The notes: generated by a model not told the origin, from the sequence alone. 64,000 nt of DNA from Eubacterium sp. (GCA_046989265.1 JBKWUD010000004.1:780-64779), one strand, 5' to 3'. Shown: positions 50,224-60,017, counted from the first letter of the stretch. Translations and numbers: made by a program.

Positions 50224-50697
50224 TTATTTCTGATTAATTATATTTTTTTCAATTGCAGAAATGAGTTTTCTATTAAAGATTATTTTGGGAGATATCAGTG
50301 TTTCAAAATATATAAAAATAAGAATTATAAATACTGCCATAAATAATATATTATTTATTTTATCATCTGCAAAATAATTTATAATTCCTGTAAATGAACT
50401 TCCAAAGAAAAATGAGAGTACAAATTCAAATCCTCTGTTATCTCCCAAAACTTCAAAATGCTTTTTTCTAAATTCTAAATATATTATTTGTTTTTCAAGA
50501 CTCATTTTTGATAATTTATCTTCTACTAATTCATATAAAATATTAAAGTGTTCTTCGGAATATGGTTTGAAAAATAAATTATGCTTATCCGATATACTCT
50601 TTGTTTCTTTTTCATCAATATCCCAAGAATTTTTTAATTGTTTATAAAATTCCTTTTTAAATCTTTCTTTTAACTTGAATAAATATAATAATTTCAT
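50224..50697 (-). CDS. Hypothetical 2-TM protein (AT-rich cargo)
   Basis: AAGGAAGGA RBS; two C-terminal hydrophobic helices. Confidence 0.65.
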   Translation of the reverse strand: MKLLYLFKLKERFKKEFYKQLKNSWDIDEKETKSISDKHNLFFKPYSEEHFNILYELVEDKLSKMSLEKQIIYLEFRKKHFEVLGDNRGFEFVLSFFFGSSFTGIINYFADDKINNILFMAVFIILIFIYFETLISPKIIFNRKLISAIEKNIINQK

Positions 50698-50741
50698 TAT
50701 ATCCTTCCTTTTTTACGGTTAAAGTAGTTTTATTTAAGAAA

Positions 50742-51275
50742 TCAAAGATGAATGGTTTCAGATTTATAATTATGTCGCCCAAAAAATTCAAGCTTTCTTT
50801 CGTCTTTAAATTTTGTAGAATAAATATCAGTGTATTCTAAATGTATTGTTATTTTCGATAAATTTGTTCTAACTTTTCTTTTTATTTCTTCACTGTGAGG
50901 ATTTAGTTCAATTAATGTAATTTTACCACCAACCGGAATTGTACAATTTTCAATGGATTCCATGAATGTTGTCCAATTTTGGTTTATATGCGGCATCATT
51001 GATATTAAATCTTTATACTGTTTCCCATTTCTTTCAGCGACAAATTTTGTTATTGTTAATGGTCCTGTTCCGACATTTGCTATTCCTACAGAAATTTTGT
51101 TTTCATAATCTGCAATTTTTATTGCAGAAATAGGTCTGACACTGTTTTTGTTATGTTTAACTTGTAATCTGCTGAAAACAATAGAAAAAACGAGAGAAAT
51201 AACACTAACTAAAACTGCAAATACGGAAGTAATTGCAGATAATATATCACTATCTAAAGTTGTACACATATTCAT
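50742..51275 (-). CDS. Hypothetical protein with N-terminal TM and beta-rich domain (AT-rich cargo)
   Basis: AAAGGA RBS; TM helix followed by RP, N.G.GP and YTDIY. Confidence 0.7.
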   Translation of the reverse strand: MNMCTTLDSDILSAITSVFAVLVSVISLVFSIVFSRLQVKHNKNSVRPISAIKIADYENKISVGIANVGTGPLTITKFVAERNGKQYKDLISMMPHINQNWTTFMESIENCTIPVGGKITLIELNPHSEEIKRKVRTNLSKITIHLEYTDIYSTKFKDERKLEFFGRHNYKSETIHL

Positions 51276-51329
51276 TGGTTACACATCCTTTTATCTTTTT
51301 AACTATAGTTGATAGTAATAAAGTTATAA

Positions 51330-51434
51330 TGTCAATAGAAAATACAAAACTGCACACATTTTCGACAAAAATGTATGTTTTTTGCACTCTCTAATATATA
51401 AGTATCTGAAAGTAGAAAATGTAACGAAAAATTT
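51330..51434. repeat. Conserved intergenic element, copy 2
   Basis: Same blocks as 38884-38995, with the same spacing except one gap (10 versus 18 bp). Confidence 0.8.
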
Positions 51435-51540
51435 ATAATTCTTTTAAAGTTAAGAAAATACATAGTCCCAAACGGCGAGTCGACACCGTTTGGGACTTTT
51501 CATATATATACAAATAAGACTTTGAAAGGAGCTGATAAAT

Positions 51541-52098
51541 ATATCAGAAAATAAAAAATACAAAATAATTCTTTGCGACCCACCGTGGCAGTACAAGGTG
51601 TATTCTAAAAAAGGTTTAGATCGTTCAGCAGAAAATCATTACCCTACAATGAGCCTTGAAGATATACAAAATCTGCCGATAAATAATTTAGCAGATAAAG
51701 ATTGTGCTTTATTTATGTGGACTACAATGCCTTTGCTCAAAGATAGTTTTTCTGTATTGGAATCTTGGGGATTTCAATATAAAACTATTGCGTTTGTATG
51801 GATAAAACTGAACAAAAAATCTGATAAACTGTTTTGGGGTATGGGGCATTGGACGAGAGCCAATGCAGAGTTATGTATCCTTGCTACAAAAGGACATCCT
51901 AAAAGGCAATCTGCAAAAGTTCATCAAGTTATTATGTCGCATATTCAGCAGCATAGTAAAAAACCTGATGAAACAAAAGATAGAATTGTTGAGCTTGTGG
52001 GAGATTTACCACGCATTGAATTATTTGCAAGAAATAAAACAGATGGGTGGGATTGTTGGGGTAATGAGGTTGAATGTGATATACAGCTTACACCTTAA
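51541..52098 (+). CDS. MT-A70-family adenine methyltransferase
   Basis: DPPW, HYPTM, LFMW, HSKKP, IELFAR, GW..WGNE. DPPW lies upstream of the first GTG, so the start is placed at ATA 51541. Confidence 0.88.
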   Translation: MSENKKYKIILCDPPWQYKVYSKKGLDRSAENHYPTMSLEDIQNLPINNLADKDCALFMWTTMPLLKDSFSVLESWGFQYKTIAFVWIKLNKKSDKLFWGMGHWTRANAELCILATKGHPKRQSAKVHQVIMSHIQQHSKKPDETKDRIVELVGDLPRIELFARNKTDGWDCWGNEVECDIQLTP

Positions 52099-52146
52099 TT
52101 TAAGTGAAATAATTATAAGTAATTAATTTTTCAAGGAGGATTTTAA

Positions 52147-52494
52147 TTGAACTATCAGATTTATAAGCAATCACTTAATCAAAAACTTATAGACAAAGTG
52201 CAAAGTGAACTTGCTGATTTTAGTGAAGAAACACTAAAAAAAAGTAAAAATGATATTTATGATAAAGCAAACGAAATTGCAACTAAAATAGTAATTGCTG
52301 ACTGCCTTTCAAAATTAGATTATTCTCCATCAGCAGCAAGAGCTATGCTAAAATCATCTAATCTTTTGAACGATATATATGATGAATGGCTTGAAAAAGA
52401 TTATTCTCATATAGATGATATAATATATACCATATCAGAATATAAAAAATATATGGTAAAAACAGAAAGAATAATAAACGAAAAAGAGCGATAA
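52147..52494 (+). CDS. DUF3848-like protein (second copy)
   Basis: KVQSEL.DF, KANEI..K..I, ARAML....LL.DIYDEW; AAGGAGG RBS. Confidence 0.6.
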   Translation: MNYQIYKQSLNQKLIDKVQSELADFSEETLKKSKNDIYDKANEIATKIVIADCLSKLDYSPSAARAMLKSSNLLNDIYDEWLEKDYSHIDDIIYTISEYKKYMVKTERIINEKER

Positions 52495-52573
52495 TCAGTA
52501 ATTAAAATAGTATTAAAATTACTATTTCAACTGAATATTGCATTAAAGAAATTATATGAAAGGAGATGACTCA

Positions 52574-53410
52574 ATGTCAGATAATTGGGTAGTACAACAC
52601 CTTGAAAATGCACTTGACACTTGGAATGAAAAGCTCGCTGAAATATGGACTTTGCTTACACAATCACCGCAAGATTTTAAAGGCGGCGGTATATGGAATG
52701 TAATCGTCAATATTAACGGTGCTATTCAGGCAATCGGTCTTGCCCTTCTTGTCCTTTTCTTTGTAATAGGAATGGTAAAGACCTGTTCGTCATTTGTCGA
52801 GGTTAAAAAGCCTGAACACGCTTTAAAACTGTTTGTGCGTTTTGCTATTGCAAAAGCATTGGTAACTTATGGTATGGAGCTTATGCTTGCTCTGTTTGAA
52901 ATCGTACAAGGCGTTATTTCAACGATAATGGACAGTTCAGGACTTGGCTCTAATTCAGATATGACCTTACCTGATGAAATGGTATCGGCTATTGAAAATT
53001 GTGGCTTTTTTGAGAGTATTCCGTTATGGGCAGTAACCTTGATAGGCAGTCTGTTTGTAACGGTTTTATCATTTATATTGATACTAACCGTGTATGGAAG
53101 ATTTTTTAAGTTATATATGTTCACTGCACTTGCACCGATACCGTTATCAACCTTTGCAGGCGAGCCTACGCAGAATGTAGGCAGGTCATTTATAAAAGCA
53201 TATTGCGGTGTATTGCTTGAGGGTGCAGTAATTATACTTGCTTGTATAATTTTCTCTCTTTACGTATCATCACCGCCCGAAGTTGATACAAATGCAGCCG
53301 CCGTAACAATGGTATGGAAGTACATCGGCGAGCTTGTATTTAATATGCTTGTTCTTGTTGGAACAGTAAAAATGTCAGACCGCATCGTTCATGAAATGAT
53401 GGGTATGTAA
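52574..53410 (+). CDS. VirB6-like conjugation membrane protein
   Basis: Multi-TM; YGRFFKLYM.TALAPIPLSTFAGE. Confidence 0.85.
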   Translation: MSDNWVVQHLENALDTWNEKLAEIWTLLTQSPQDFKGGGIWNVIVNINGAIQAIGLALLVLFFVIGMVKTCSSFVEVKKPEHALKLFVRFAIAKALVTYGMELMLALFEIVQGVISTIMDSSGLGSNSDMTLPDEMVSAIENCGFFESIPLWAVTLIGSLFVTVLSFILILTVYGRFFKLYMFTALAPIPLSTFAGEPTQNVGRSFIKAYCGVLLEGAVIILACIIFSLYVSSPPEVDTNAAAVTMVWKYIGELVFNMLVLVGTVKMSDRIVHEMMGM

Positions 53411-53628
53411 TGATTCGACATATCAAGATAAAAAATATATTCAATAAATCTATATAAAAGTATAAGTAAAAGCAGATGAAATAGGAATGATAAAAGATGT
53501 TTTGCTGTTTTAGTTAGATTATATAGGATTCTATTTATCCATTCACTCAACTTGAAATCTGAATATTCGTTGTTTTTAGAAATGGATTCTTCAATTAATT
53601 TCAATAATGATAACAAAAAATCAAGCAT
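53389..53628 (-). CDS. Small hypothetical membrane protein
   Basis: GGAGGT RBS; hydrophobic C-terminal half; AT-rich. Confidence 0.45.
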   Translation of the reverse strand: MLDFLLSLLKLIEESISKNNEYSDFKLSEWINRILYNLTKTAKHLLSFLFHLLLLILLYRFIEYIFYLDMSNHYIPIIS

Positions 53629-53745
53629 ATATAATACCTCCGATTTTATATAAAATATCTTACAGTATTAATATATGCTTGACCCATAATTTTATTTCCT
53701 AAACTAATTAAAAAATAAAATTATTTTTATTTAAAAAATGCCTGA

Positions 53746-53967
53746 CTAATCATTCTCTTCATTTTCTATATACCAAATTTCATTAACAGTTTTATTCAAT
53801 TTATTTGATATTTTTAATGAAATTTCAAGAGAAGGAAAGGTAACAGCATTTTCATAGCGTAAATATTGCTGTTCAGCAATTCCTATGGTTTTTGCAAATT
53901 CTCTTTTGTTTTGCATGTATTCTTGCATTCTTATACTTTTTAAATTGTTTTTTATCATTATAATCAC
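53746..53967 (-). CDS. XRE-family HTH regulator
   Basis: NNLKSIR, EFAKTIGI, YLRYEN...PSLE...KI...L...VNEIW. Confidence 0.8.
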   Translation of the reverse strand: MIIMIKNNLKSIRMQEYMQNKREFAKTIGIAEQQYLRYENAVTFPSLEISLKISNKLNKTVNEIWYIENEEND

Positions 53968-54059
53968 CCATTTTAAACTTCAAACAGAATTATAACATTA
54001 ACCCGTGAATGTTATTGTCGAAATCAAAAATTAAAATATAATTTTAAGGAGGGACTATT

Positions 54060-54431
54060 TTGGATATTCAAATAAATAAAGAATTTCGTGATTACAGCGA
54101 AAAAATATATTTTGGGCTGAATATGCGTCAGCTCATTTTTTCTGCCCTTGCAGTCGGGGCAGCAGTCGGCTCATACTTTCTGCTCAAACCGTATTTGAGC
54201 TTGGAAACATTATCGTGGCTCTGTATTATTCTTGCTGCTCCCTTTGCTGCACTCGGCTTTGTAACATATAACGGAATGACAGCCGAGCAGTTTGTGTGGG
54301 CATTTATCAAATCAGAATTTTTAACACCTAAAAGGCTTGTATTTAAGGCTGAAAGCGATTTGTGCAAGCAAAGTAAGGAACTAATCAAACAAAAGGAAAA
54401 GGAGATTTACAAGGCAAATGAAAACGCTTAA
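54060..54431 (+). CDS. prgI: PrgI-family protein
   Basis: DY.EKIYFGLNMRQL, two TM helices, YNGMTAEQF. Confidence 0.85.
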   Translation: MDIQINKEFRDYSEKIYFGLNMRQLIFSALAVGAAVGSYFLLKPYLSLETLSWLCIILAAPFAALGFVTYNGMTAEQFVWAFIKSEFLTPKRLVFKAESDLCKQSKELIKQKEKEIYKANENA

Positions 54432-56748
54432 ACAAATGATAAAAAGAGAACAGGAAAAATTTGTGATACCTAAATCCGTTCAGGATGTTATACCTATCAA
54501 AGCCGTCTATAAAGACGGCATTTTTCTTTTGAATAATAACAACTATTCAAAAACATTCAAGTTCTCTGATATTAACTATCACATTGCAAGTGATGAGGAA
54601 AAGAAGGAACTTATGCAGGGGTATTGGTCTGTTATCAATTCCTTTGGTGCAGGCGTTACAATTAAGCTCACTATCAACAATCACAGGCTTGACAAAGCAG
54701 AATTTGAAAAGTCAATCCTTATTCCGTACAGATATGATGGTCTTGATAAATACCGTAAGGAATATAACGAAATGCTCCTTGATAAAGCAAATTCATCAAA
54801 CTGTATTGTTCAGGATAAATATTTTACTGTTACCGTCAATAAGAAAACAGTTGATGATGCAAGAGCATTTTTTAACCGTATCGGTAATGACTTGTCGGCA
54901 AGGCTTTCAAGAATAGGCAGTAAATGTGTGCCTTTGACTGCTGATGATAAGCTGAGAATATTCCACAATTTCTATCGTGACGGAAATGAGCAGAACTATA
55001 ATCTTGATTATGAGCAGCTTATGAATAACGGCTGTGATATTCGTGACTATATCTGTCCTGATTCAATGGACTTTGAAAGTGATTGTATGAAAATCAACGA
55101 CGAGTATTGCAGAGTGATTTTTTTACGAAACTACGGTACTTTTGTTGATGATAACACAGTATCGGATTTAACCTCTATCAACAGAAACCTTATGCTTTCT
55201 ATTGATTTCATACCGATACCCACGGGCGAAGCTACAAAAGAGGTTGACAAGGTGCTACTCGGTATTCAGACTGATAAGGCAAATTTCAATCGTAAGCAGG
55301 TACAGAACAATAACTACGGTGCTACAAATTACGATCTTGAACAGCGTGAGAGCGAAATTCTTGAAATCAAGAACGATATGCGTAACCGTGACCAAAGGAT
55401 ATATGAAACCTTAATTACAATGGTTATTACTGCCGATACAAAGCAGGAGCTTGATAATTTGACCGAAACTGTTTTTGCAAAGGTAGCAGACAGCAGTACA
55501 AATCAGTTTGCAACACTTCGTTATCAGCAGCTTGACGGACTGAATACAGTTTTGCCATTCGGTACAAGAAAGATTAACTGCTTCAGAACGCTTACAACAG
55601 AATCCCTTGCAGCGTTTATGCCTTTCAATGCACAGGAAATGCAGCATAAACACGGCACTTACTACGGACAAAATGCTATCAGCAACAATATGATTTTTAT
55701 AAATCGAAACAAACTGCTCAATGGTAACTGCATTGTACTCGGTGTATCAGGCGGCGGTAAATCATTCTTTGTTAAGGAGGATATTGCATCAATATTCCTG
55801 TCTGATGAAAATGCAGATATTTTGGTGATTGATCCTGAACGAGAGTACAATCCCATTGTTTCTGCATTGGGCGGCGAGGTTATCAACATTTCCGCCAATT
55901 CGGAAAATCATATCAATGCAATGGATATGAACGCAAACTATGAAGATGATAAAAACCCGATTGCAACAAAAGCAGAATTTATTATGTCGCTTTGTGAACA
56001 GCTTATCGGCGAAACTGTTGATGCTAAAGATAAATCAATCATTGACCGTTGTTGCAGAAATGTCTATGACGAATATATCAAGAGTGGGTACAAAATCGCA
56101 CCGCCTACCTTACAGGATTTCAGAGAGGAACTGTTAAGACAGAATGAGGTTGAGGCACAGGAGCTTGCACTTGCTATCGAACTGTTCTCTGATGGCTCAC
56201 TTGATACTTTTGCAAAGCCTACCAATGTTGATACAAATGACAGACTTGTTTGCTATGATATTCTTGATTTAGGCAGTCAGCTTTTGCCTGTGGGAATGCT
56301 TGTTGTTCTTGATAATATTCTCAACAGAATCACATCAAACAGAAGAAAAGGCAGAACAACCTATATCTTCATTGATGAAATTTACCTCTTGTTTGCACAG
56401 AAATATACTGCCGATTTTTTATACCGAGTATGGAAACGAGTAAGAAAGTACGGTGCTTTTGCAACAGGCATTACACAGAATGTCGGGGATATGCTCCAGA
56501 GCCATACGGCAAGCACCATGTTATCAAATTCGGAATTTGTTGTTATGCTGAATCAGAGCGGACAGGATAAGGAAAAACTTGCAAAGCTGCTTAACATCTC
56601 TGATAATCAAACAGATTTCTACACCAATGTTGACGCAGGTCACGGACTTATGAAAATAGGCTCAAGCCTTGTGCCTTATGTAAACAAATTCCCTAAAAAT
56701 ACGGAATTGTATAAACTTATGACAACTAAACCGGGAGAGGCAGTATAA
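54418..56748 (+). CDS. virB4: VirB4-like conjugation ATPase
   Basis: GVSGGGKS, IDPEREY, IFIDE, RKYG..TGITQN. Confidence 0.95.
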   Translation: MKTLKQMIKREQEKFVIPKSVQDVIPIKAVYKDGIFLLNNNNYSKTFKFSDINYHIASDEEKKELMQGYWSVINSFGAGVTIKLTINNHRLDKAEFEKSILIPYRYDGLDKYRKEYNEMLLDKANSSNCIVQDKYFTVTVNKKTVDDARAFFNRIGNDLSARLSRIGSKCVPLTADDKLRIFHNFYRDGNEQNYNLDYEQLMNNGCDIRDYICPDSMDFESDCMKINDEYCRVIFLRNYGTFVDDNTVSDLTSINRNLMLSIDFIPIPTGEATKEVDKVLLGIQTDKANFNRKQVQNNNYGATNYDLEQRESEILEIKNDMRNRDQRIYETLITMVITADTKQELDNLTETVFAKVADSSTNQFATLRYQQLDGLNTVLPFGTRKINCFRTLTTESLAAFMPFNAQEMQHKHGTYYGQNAISNNMIFINRNKLLNGNCIVLGVSGGGKSFFVKEDIASIFLSDENADILVIDPEREYNPIVSALGGEVINISANSENHINAMDMNANYEDDKNPIATKAEFIMSLCEQLIGETVDAKDKSIIDRCCRNVYDEYIKSGYKIAPPTLQDFREELLRQNEVEAQELALAIELFSDGSLDTFAKPTNVDTNDRLVCYDILDLGSQLLPVGMLVVLDNILNRITSNRRKGRTTYIFIDEIYLLFAQKYTADFLYRVWKRVRKYGAFATGITQNVGDMLQSHTASTMLSNSEFVVMLNQSGQDKEKLAKLLNISDNQTDFYTNVDAGHGLMKIGSSLVPYVNKFPKNTELYKLMTTKPGEAV

Positions 56749-56787
56749 CTGCCCTCACGGTTTTAGTTTATCGAAAGGAAAATCCAA

Positions 56788-57525
56788 ATGAAAAACAAAA
56801 TATGTATTGTTATGATTTTGGTGTTGACTGCGATTTTCGCAGTCAGCACCTATTTTCTTGTAACGGAAAGTGTGCAGGATAAAGAGCAAATGGATAAATT
56901 TGAGAGCATTGCGCAGGCCGTCGAGGACAGCGGGCAATGCTCTGATAACAAGTACGCTGATTTGTATGCACAAAATAATGATTTTATCGGTTGGATAAAA
57001 ATTGAGGATACTGTTATTGATTACCCTGTTATGCAGTCAAAGAACATTCCGAACTTTTATCTCAATCATAATTTCAACAAGGAATATTCTCGTTTTGGCG
57101 TTCCTTATATACAAGAGAACTGCTCTTTATCATCGGACAATATTATTGTCTATGGGCATAATATGAAAAATAAATCTATGTTCAATGAATTAACAAAATA
57201 CAAGAGCAAAGATTTTTACAATGCCCACAGAAACATTCAGTTCGATACTTTAACAGAACAGCGAACTTATGCGGTTGTCTGTGCCTTTAAGACAGTTGTT
57301 TATACAAGCAATGGCTTTGACTATTACAGCTTTGTCAATGCAAATACAGAGGAAGATTTTAGTGTCTACATTGAAAAATGCAAGGCACTTTCTTTTTATG
57401 ACACAGGAGTAAATACAGAGTACGGCGATAAGCTGATAACTCTATCTACTTGTGAATACTCACAGAACAATGGCAGATTTGTTGTTGTGGCAAAACAGGT
57501 TGGAGTGACAGCCTATGAAACCTAA
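56788..57525 (+). CDS. srtB: Class B sortase
   Basis: GWIKI....IDYPV, YGHNM, TLSTC...R. Confidence 0.9.
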   Translation: MKNKICIVMILVLTAIFAVSTYFLVTESVQDKEQMDKFESIAQAVEDSGQCSDNKYADLYAQNNDFIGWIKIEDTVIDYPVMQSKNIPNFYLNHNFNKEYSRFGVPYIQENCSLSSDNIIVYGHNMKNKSMFNELTKYKSKDFYNAHRNIQFDTLTEQRTYAVVCAFKTVVYTSNGFDYYSFVNANTEEDFSVYIEKCKALSFYDTGVNTEYGDKLITLSTCEYSQNNGRFVVVAKQVGVTAYET

Positions 57526-58285
57526 AAAGTATGTTGTATCTTTATCAGGCGGTAAGGATTCTACTGCTATGTTATTAAGATTGATTGAAGAAAAGTGCCC
57601 TATTGACTATATCATTTTCTGTGACACAGGTTTAGAGTTTCCGCAAATGTATGAACACATTGACAAGTTAGAGAAATATATCGGCAGACCGATTATCAGA
57701 CTCAAGCCCGAACACGATTTTGAATATTACTTTTTTATATATCATCCAAAACGCAAAAATCCTGAATTAGAAAAGTATGACGGAATGAGTTGGGGAGGTC
57801 CGAGAAATCGTTGGTGTACGGCTATGCTCAAAAAGCGAGTATTAGATGCTTATTTTAAGGACTTAAAGAAAGACTATGAAATTATTGAATATATCGGCAT
57901 TGCTGCCGATGAGCCGCACAGAGTTAAAGACGCTTGCTATCCTTTAGTTGAATGGAATATGACTGAAAAGGATTGCCTTGCATATTGCTATGAGCGAGGT
58001 TTTACTTGGAGCGGACTATATGAGATTTTTCATCGAGTATCCTGTTGGTGTTGTCCGTTACAAAGCCTTGATGAACTGAGAAAATTACGAAAGCATTTTC
58101 CTGAACTTTGGCAACAACTTGAATTTTGGGACAAAAATACTTGGCGAACATTTAAGCCCGGATACTCCGTTCAGGCTTTAAATGTTCGCTTTGATTTTGA
58201 GGAGGATTGGCAGACTCAAGGTAAGAGCATTCATAATAAGGAATTTTATACTGCATTAAAAAATATTTTGAAGGAGGTATCATAA
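57515..58285 (+). CDS. PAPS-reductase-family (PP-loop, Fe-S) protein
   Basis: SLSGGKDS, DTGLEFP, RWCT..LK, RVSCWCCP. Confidence 0.85.
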   Translation: MKPKKYVVSLSGGKDSTAMLLRLIEEKCPIDYIIFCDTGLEFPQMYEHIDKLEKYIGRPIIRLKPEHDFEYYFFIYHPKRKNPELEKYDGMSWGGPRNRWCTAMLKKRVLDAYFKDLKKDYEIIEYIGIAADEPHRVKDACYPLVEWNMTEKDCLAYCYERGFTWSGLYEIFHRVSCWCCPLQSLDELRKLRKHFPELWQQLEFWDKNTWRTFKPGYSVQALNVRFDFEEDWQTQGKSIHNKEFYTALKNILKEVS

Positions 58286-60015
58286 TGGCTAAAACCGATA
58301 TTAAAACAAAGGCAAAGCAGACAATCAAGACTATTGAAACTGTCGGCATTATTACTGAAAAGGTAAAGGATGCAGGCATAAAAACTAAAGATGATATTGG
58401 TAAGGCTATAAATACAAATGCTGATACTCCTGAACAATATGCCGCTCAGAGATTTCAGGATACAGCACATTCGGCAACGACAGATGCAACCTATTATTTT
58501 AATAAGGAAGGTAAAAAAAGTGTTGCCCAAACGAAAAAGAATATTGAAGATGCAAAGGTTACTCTTGAGGATATAAAGGCACGCAGAGCAGAAAGAAAGG
58601 CTAAAGCCAAATCAGTAGAACAGACGAATCATACTGTTATCAAGACTGCTGAAAATGAAACTAAAAAGCAAGCTGAACAGGCAGTTAAAAATGCTCCTAA
58701 AACTGCAAGTAATGATATTCGTATGGGTAATAATTCTGCACCCAAAAACAAAGGCAAGACAATCAAGACTGCTAACGATACATTCTCTAAAGGTGTTAAG
58801 ACTGTGAATGTACCACAGAATAATGTTGCAGTTAATCGTCTTTCGGTAAGCAAAAATGCAGAGAGAGCAAGAAAAACAGCACAGTATATGAAAGAAACTG
58901 CAAAAGAGGCTGCTAAACTTGCAAAGAATGCTTTTAAGGTATTCATTAAGGCAATCAAGGGTGCGATTAAAGCTGCTAAAAGCCTTGTATCTGCCATAAT
59001 TGCAGGCGGTTGGATTTCTGTTATTGTTATTATTGTATTGTGCCTTGTAGGTGCTGTGGCAGCGTCATTTTACGGTATATTCTTTTCAACTGAAACATCT
59101 GATAGCGGTATGAATATATCAACAGTTATTCAGGAAATCAATGCTGACTATGACAATAAGATTGATGAACTCAAATCTTCAGGAAGTTATGACAGCGTTG
59201 AGATTAGCGGTAACAAAGCGAATTGGAAAGATATTTTATCAATCTATGCTGTTAAGGTTACTACTGATCCTGATAACCCTATGGAGATTGCAACGGTTGA
59301 TGTTAACAAAAAATCTATACTATCCAATATCTTTTGGGATATGAACAGTATTGATTCTAAGGTTGAAACGAAAACTGAAACAAAGGAAACTACCACCACC
59401 GATGAATATGGCAATGAGGTTATTACCACTGATGAAATATCAGTAAAGGTTTTGACTATTTCAATCAGTAGCAAAACTGCTGATGAAATGGCAGAAACTT
59501 ATTCTTTTAACGAAAAGCAAAAATCATATCTTGCAGAACTGATGAATGAGAGCAACGATAAGCTATGGTCATCAATCATATTTAATTCAGGTAGTGGCAC
59601 AGGCAGTATTGATATAGGCTCATTAGATTTCGGTGATGAAACAGTAAACGATACGCAGAGAAAAATCGTTGCAGTTGCCACTAATTCATCAAGTTATGGT
59701 ATTTCGGCAAAGTCAGGTTACTGTCAAGCGTGGGTAGCTGATGTGTACCAAGCTGTCACAGGCTCAAGAGGATCTGCTCACTGTGCTTTGTGTGCTGCTG
59801 ATATGTGGGCAGTTTCAACAGATTTTAGCAAGATACAAGTTGGTGCAACTGTATATGGCTATTCATCAAGCCAATACGGACATGTTGGTATCTATATCGG
59901 CAATGGTATGGTAGCACATAATATAGGCTATATTAAAATAGAGCCTATCGAGGATTGGATTAAAATATATAAAGGTTTTTGTTGGGGTTGGGAAAATAAT
60001 AAAAATCTTGTATAA
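58285..60015 (+). CDS. Conjugative cell-wall hydrolase (C-terminal NlpC/P60/CHAP domain)
   Basis: Lys/Ala-rich N-terminus, a TM helix, and GYCQAWV...GHVGIYIGNG..H. Confidence 0.8.
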   Translation: MAKTDIKTKAKQTIKTIETVGIITEKVKDAGIKTKDDIGKAINTNADTPEQYAAQRFQDTAHSATTDATYYFNKEGKKSVAQTKKNIEDAKVTLEDIKARRAERKAKAKSVEQTNHTVIKTAENETKKQAEQAVKNAPKTASNDIRMGNNSAPKNKGKTIKTANDTFSKGVKTVNVPQNNVAVNRLSVSKNAERARKTAQYMKETAKEAAKLAKNAFKVFIKAIKGAIKAAKSLVSAIIAGGWISVIVIIVLCLVGAVAASFYGIFFSTETSDSGMNISTVIQEINADYDNKIDELKSSGSYDSVEISGNKANWKDILSIYAVKVTTDPDNPMEIATVDVNKKSILSNIFWDMNSIDSKVETKTETKETTTTDEYGNEVITTDEISVKVLTISISSKTADEMAETYSFNEKQKSYLAELMNESNDKLWSSIIFNSGSGTGSIDIGSLDFGDETVNDTQRKIVAVATNSSSYGISAKSGYCQAWVADVYQAVTGSRGSAHCALCAADMWAVSTDFSKIQVGATVYGYSSSQYGHVGIYIGNGMVAHNIGYIKIEPIEDWIKIYKGFCWGWENNKNLV

Positions 60016-60017
60016 AA

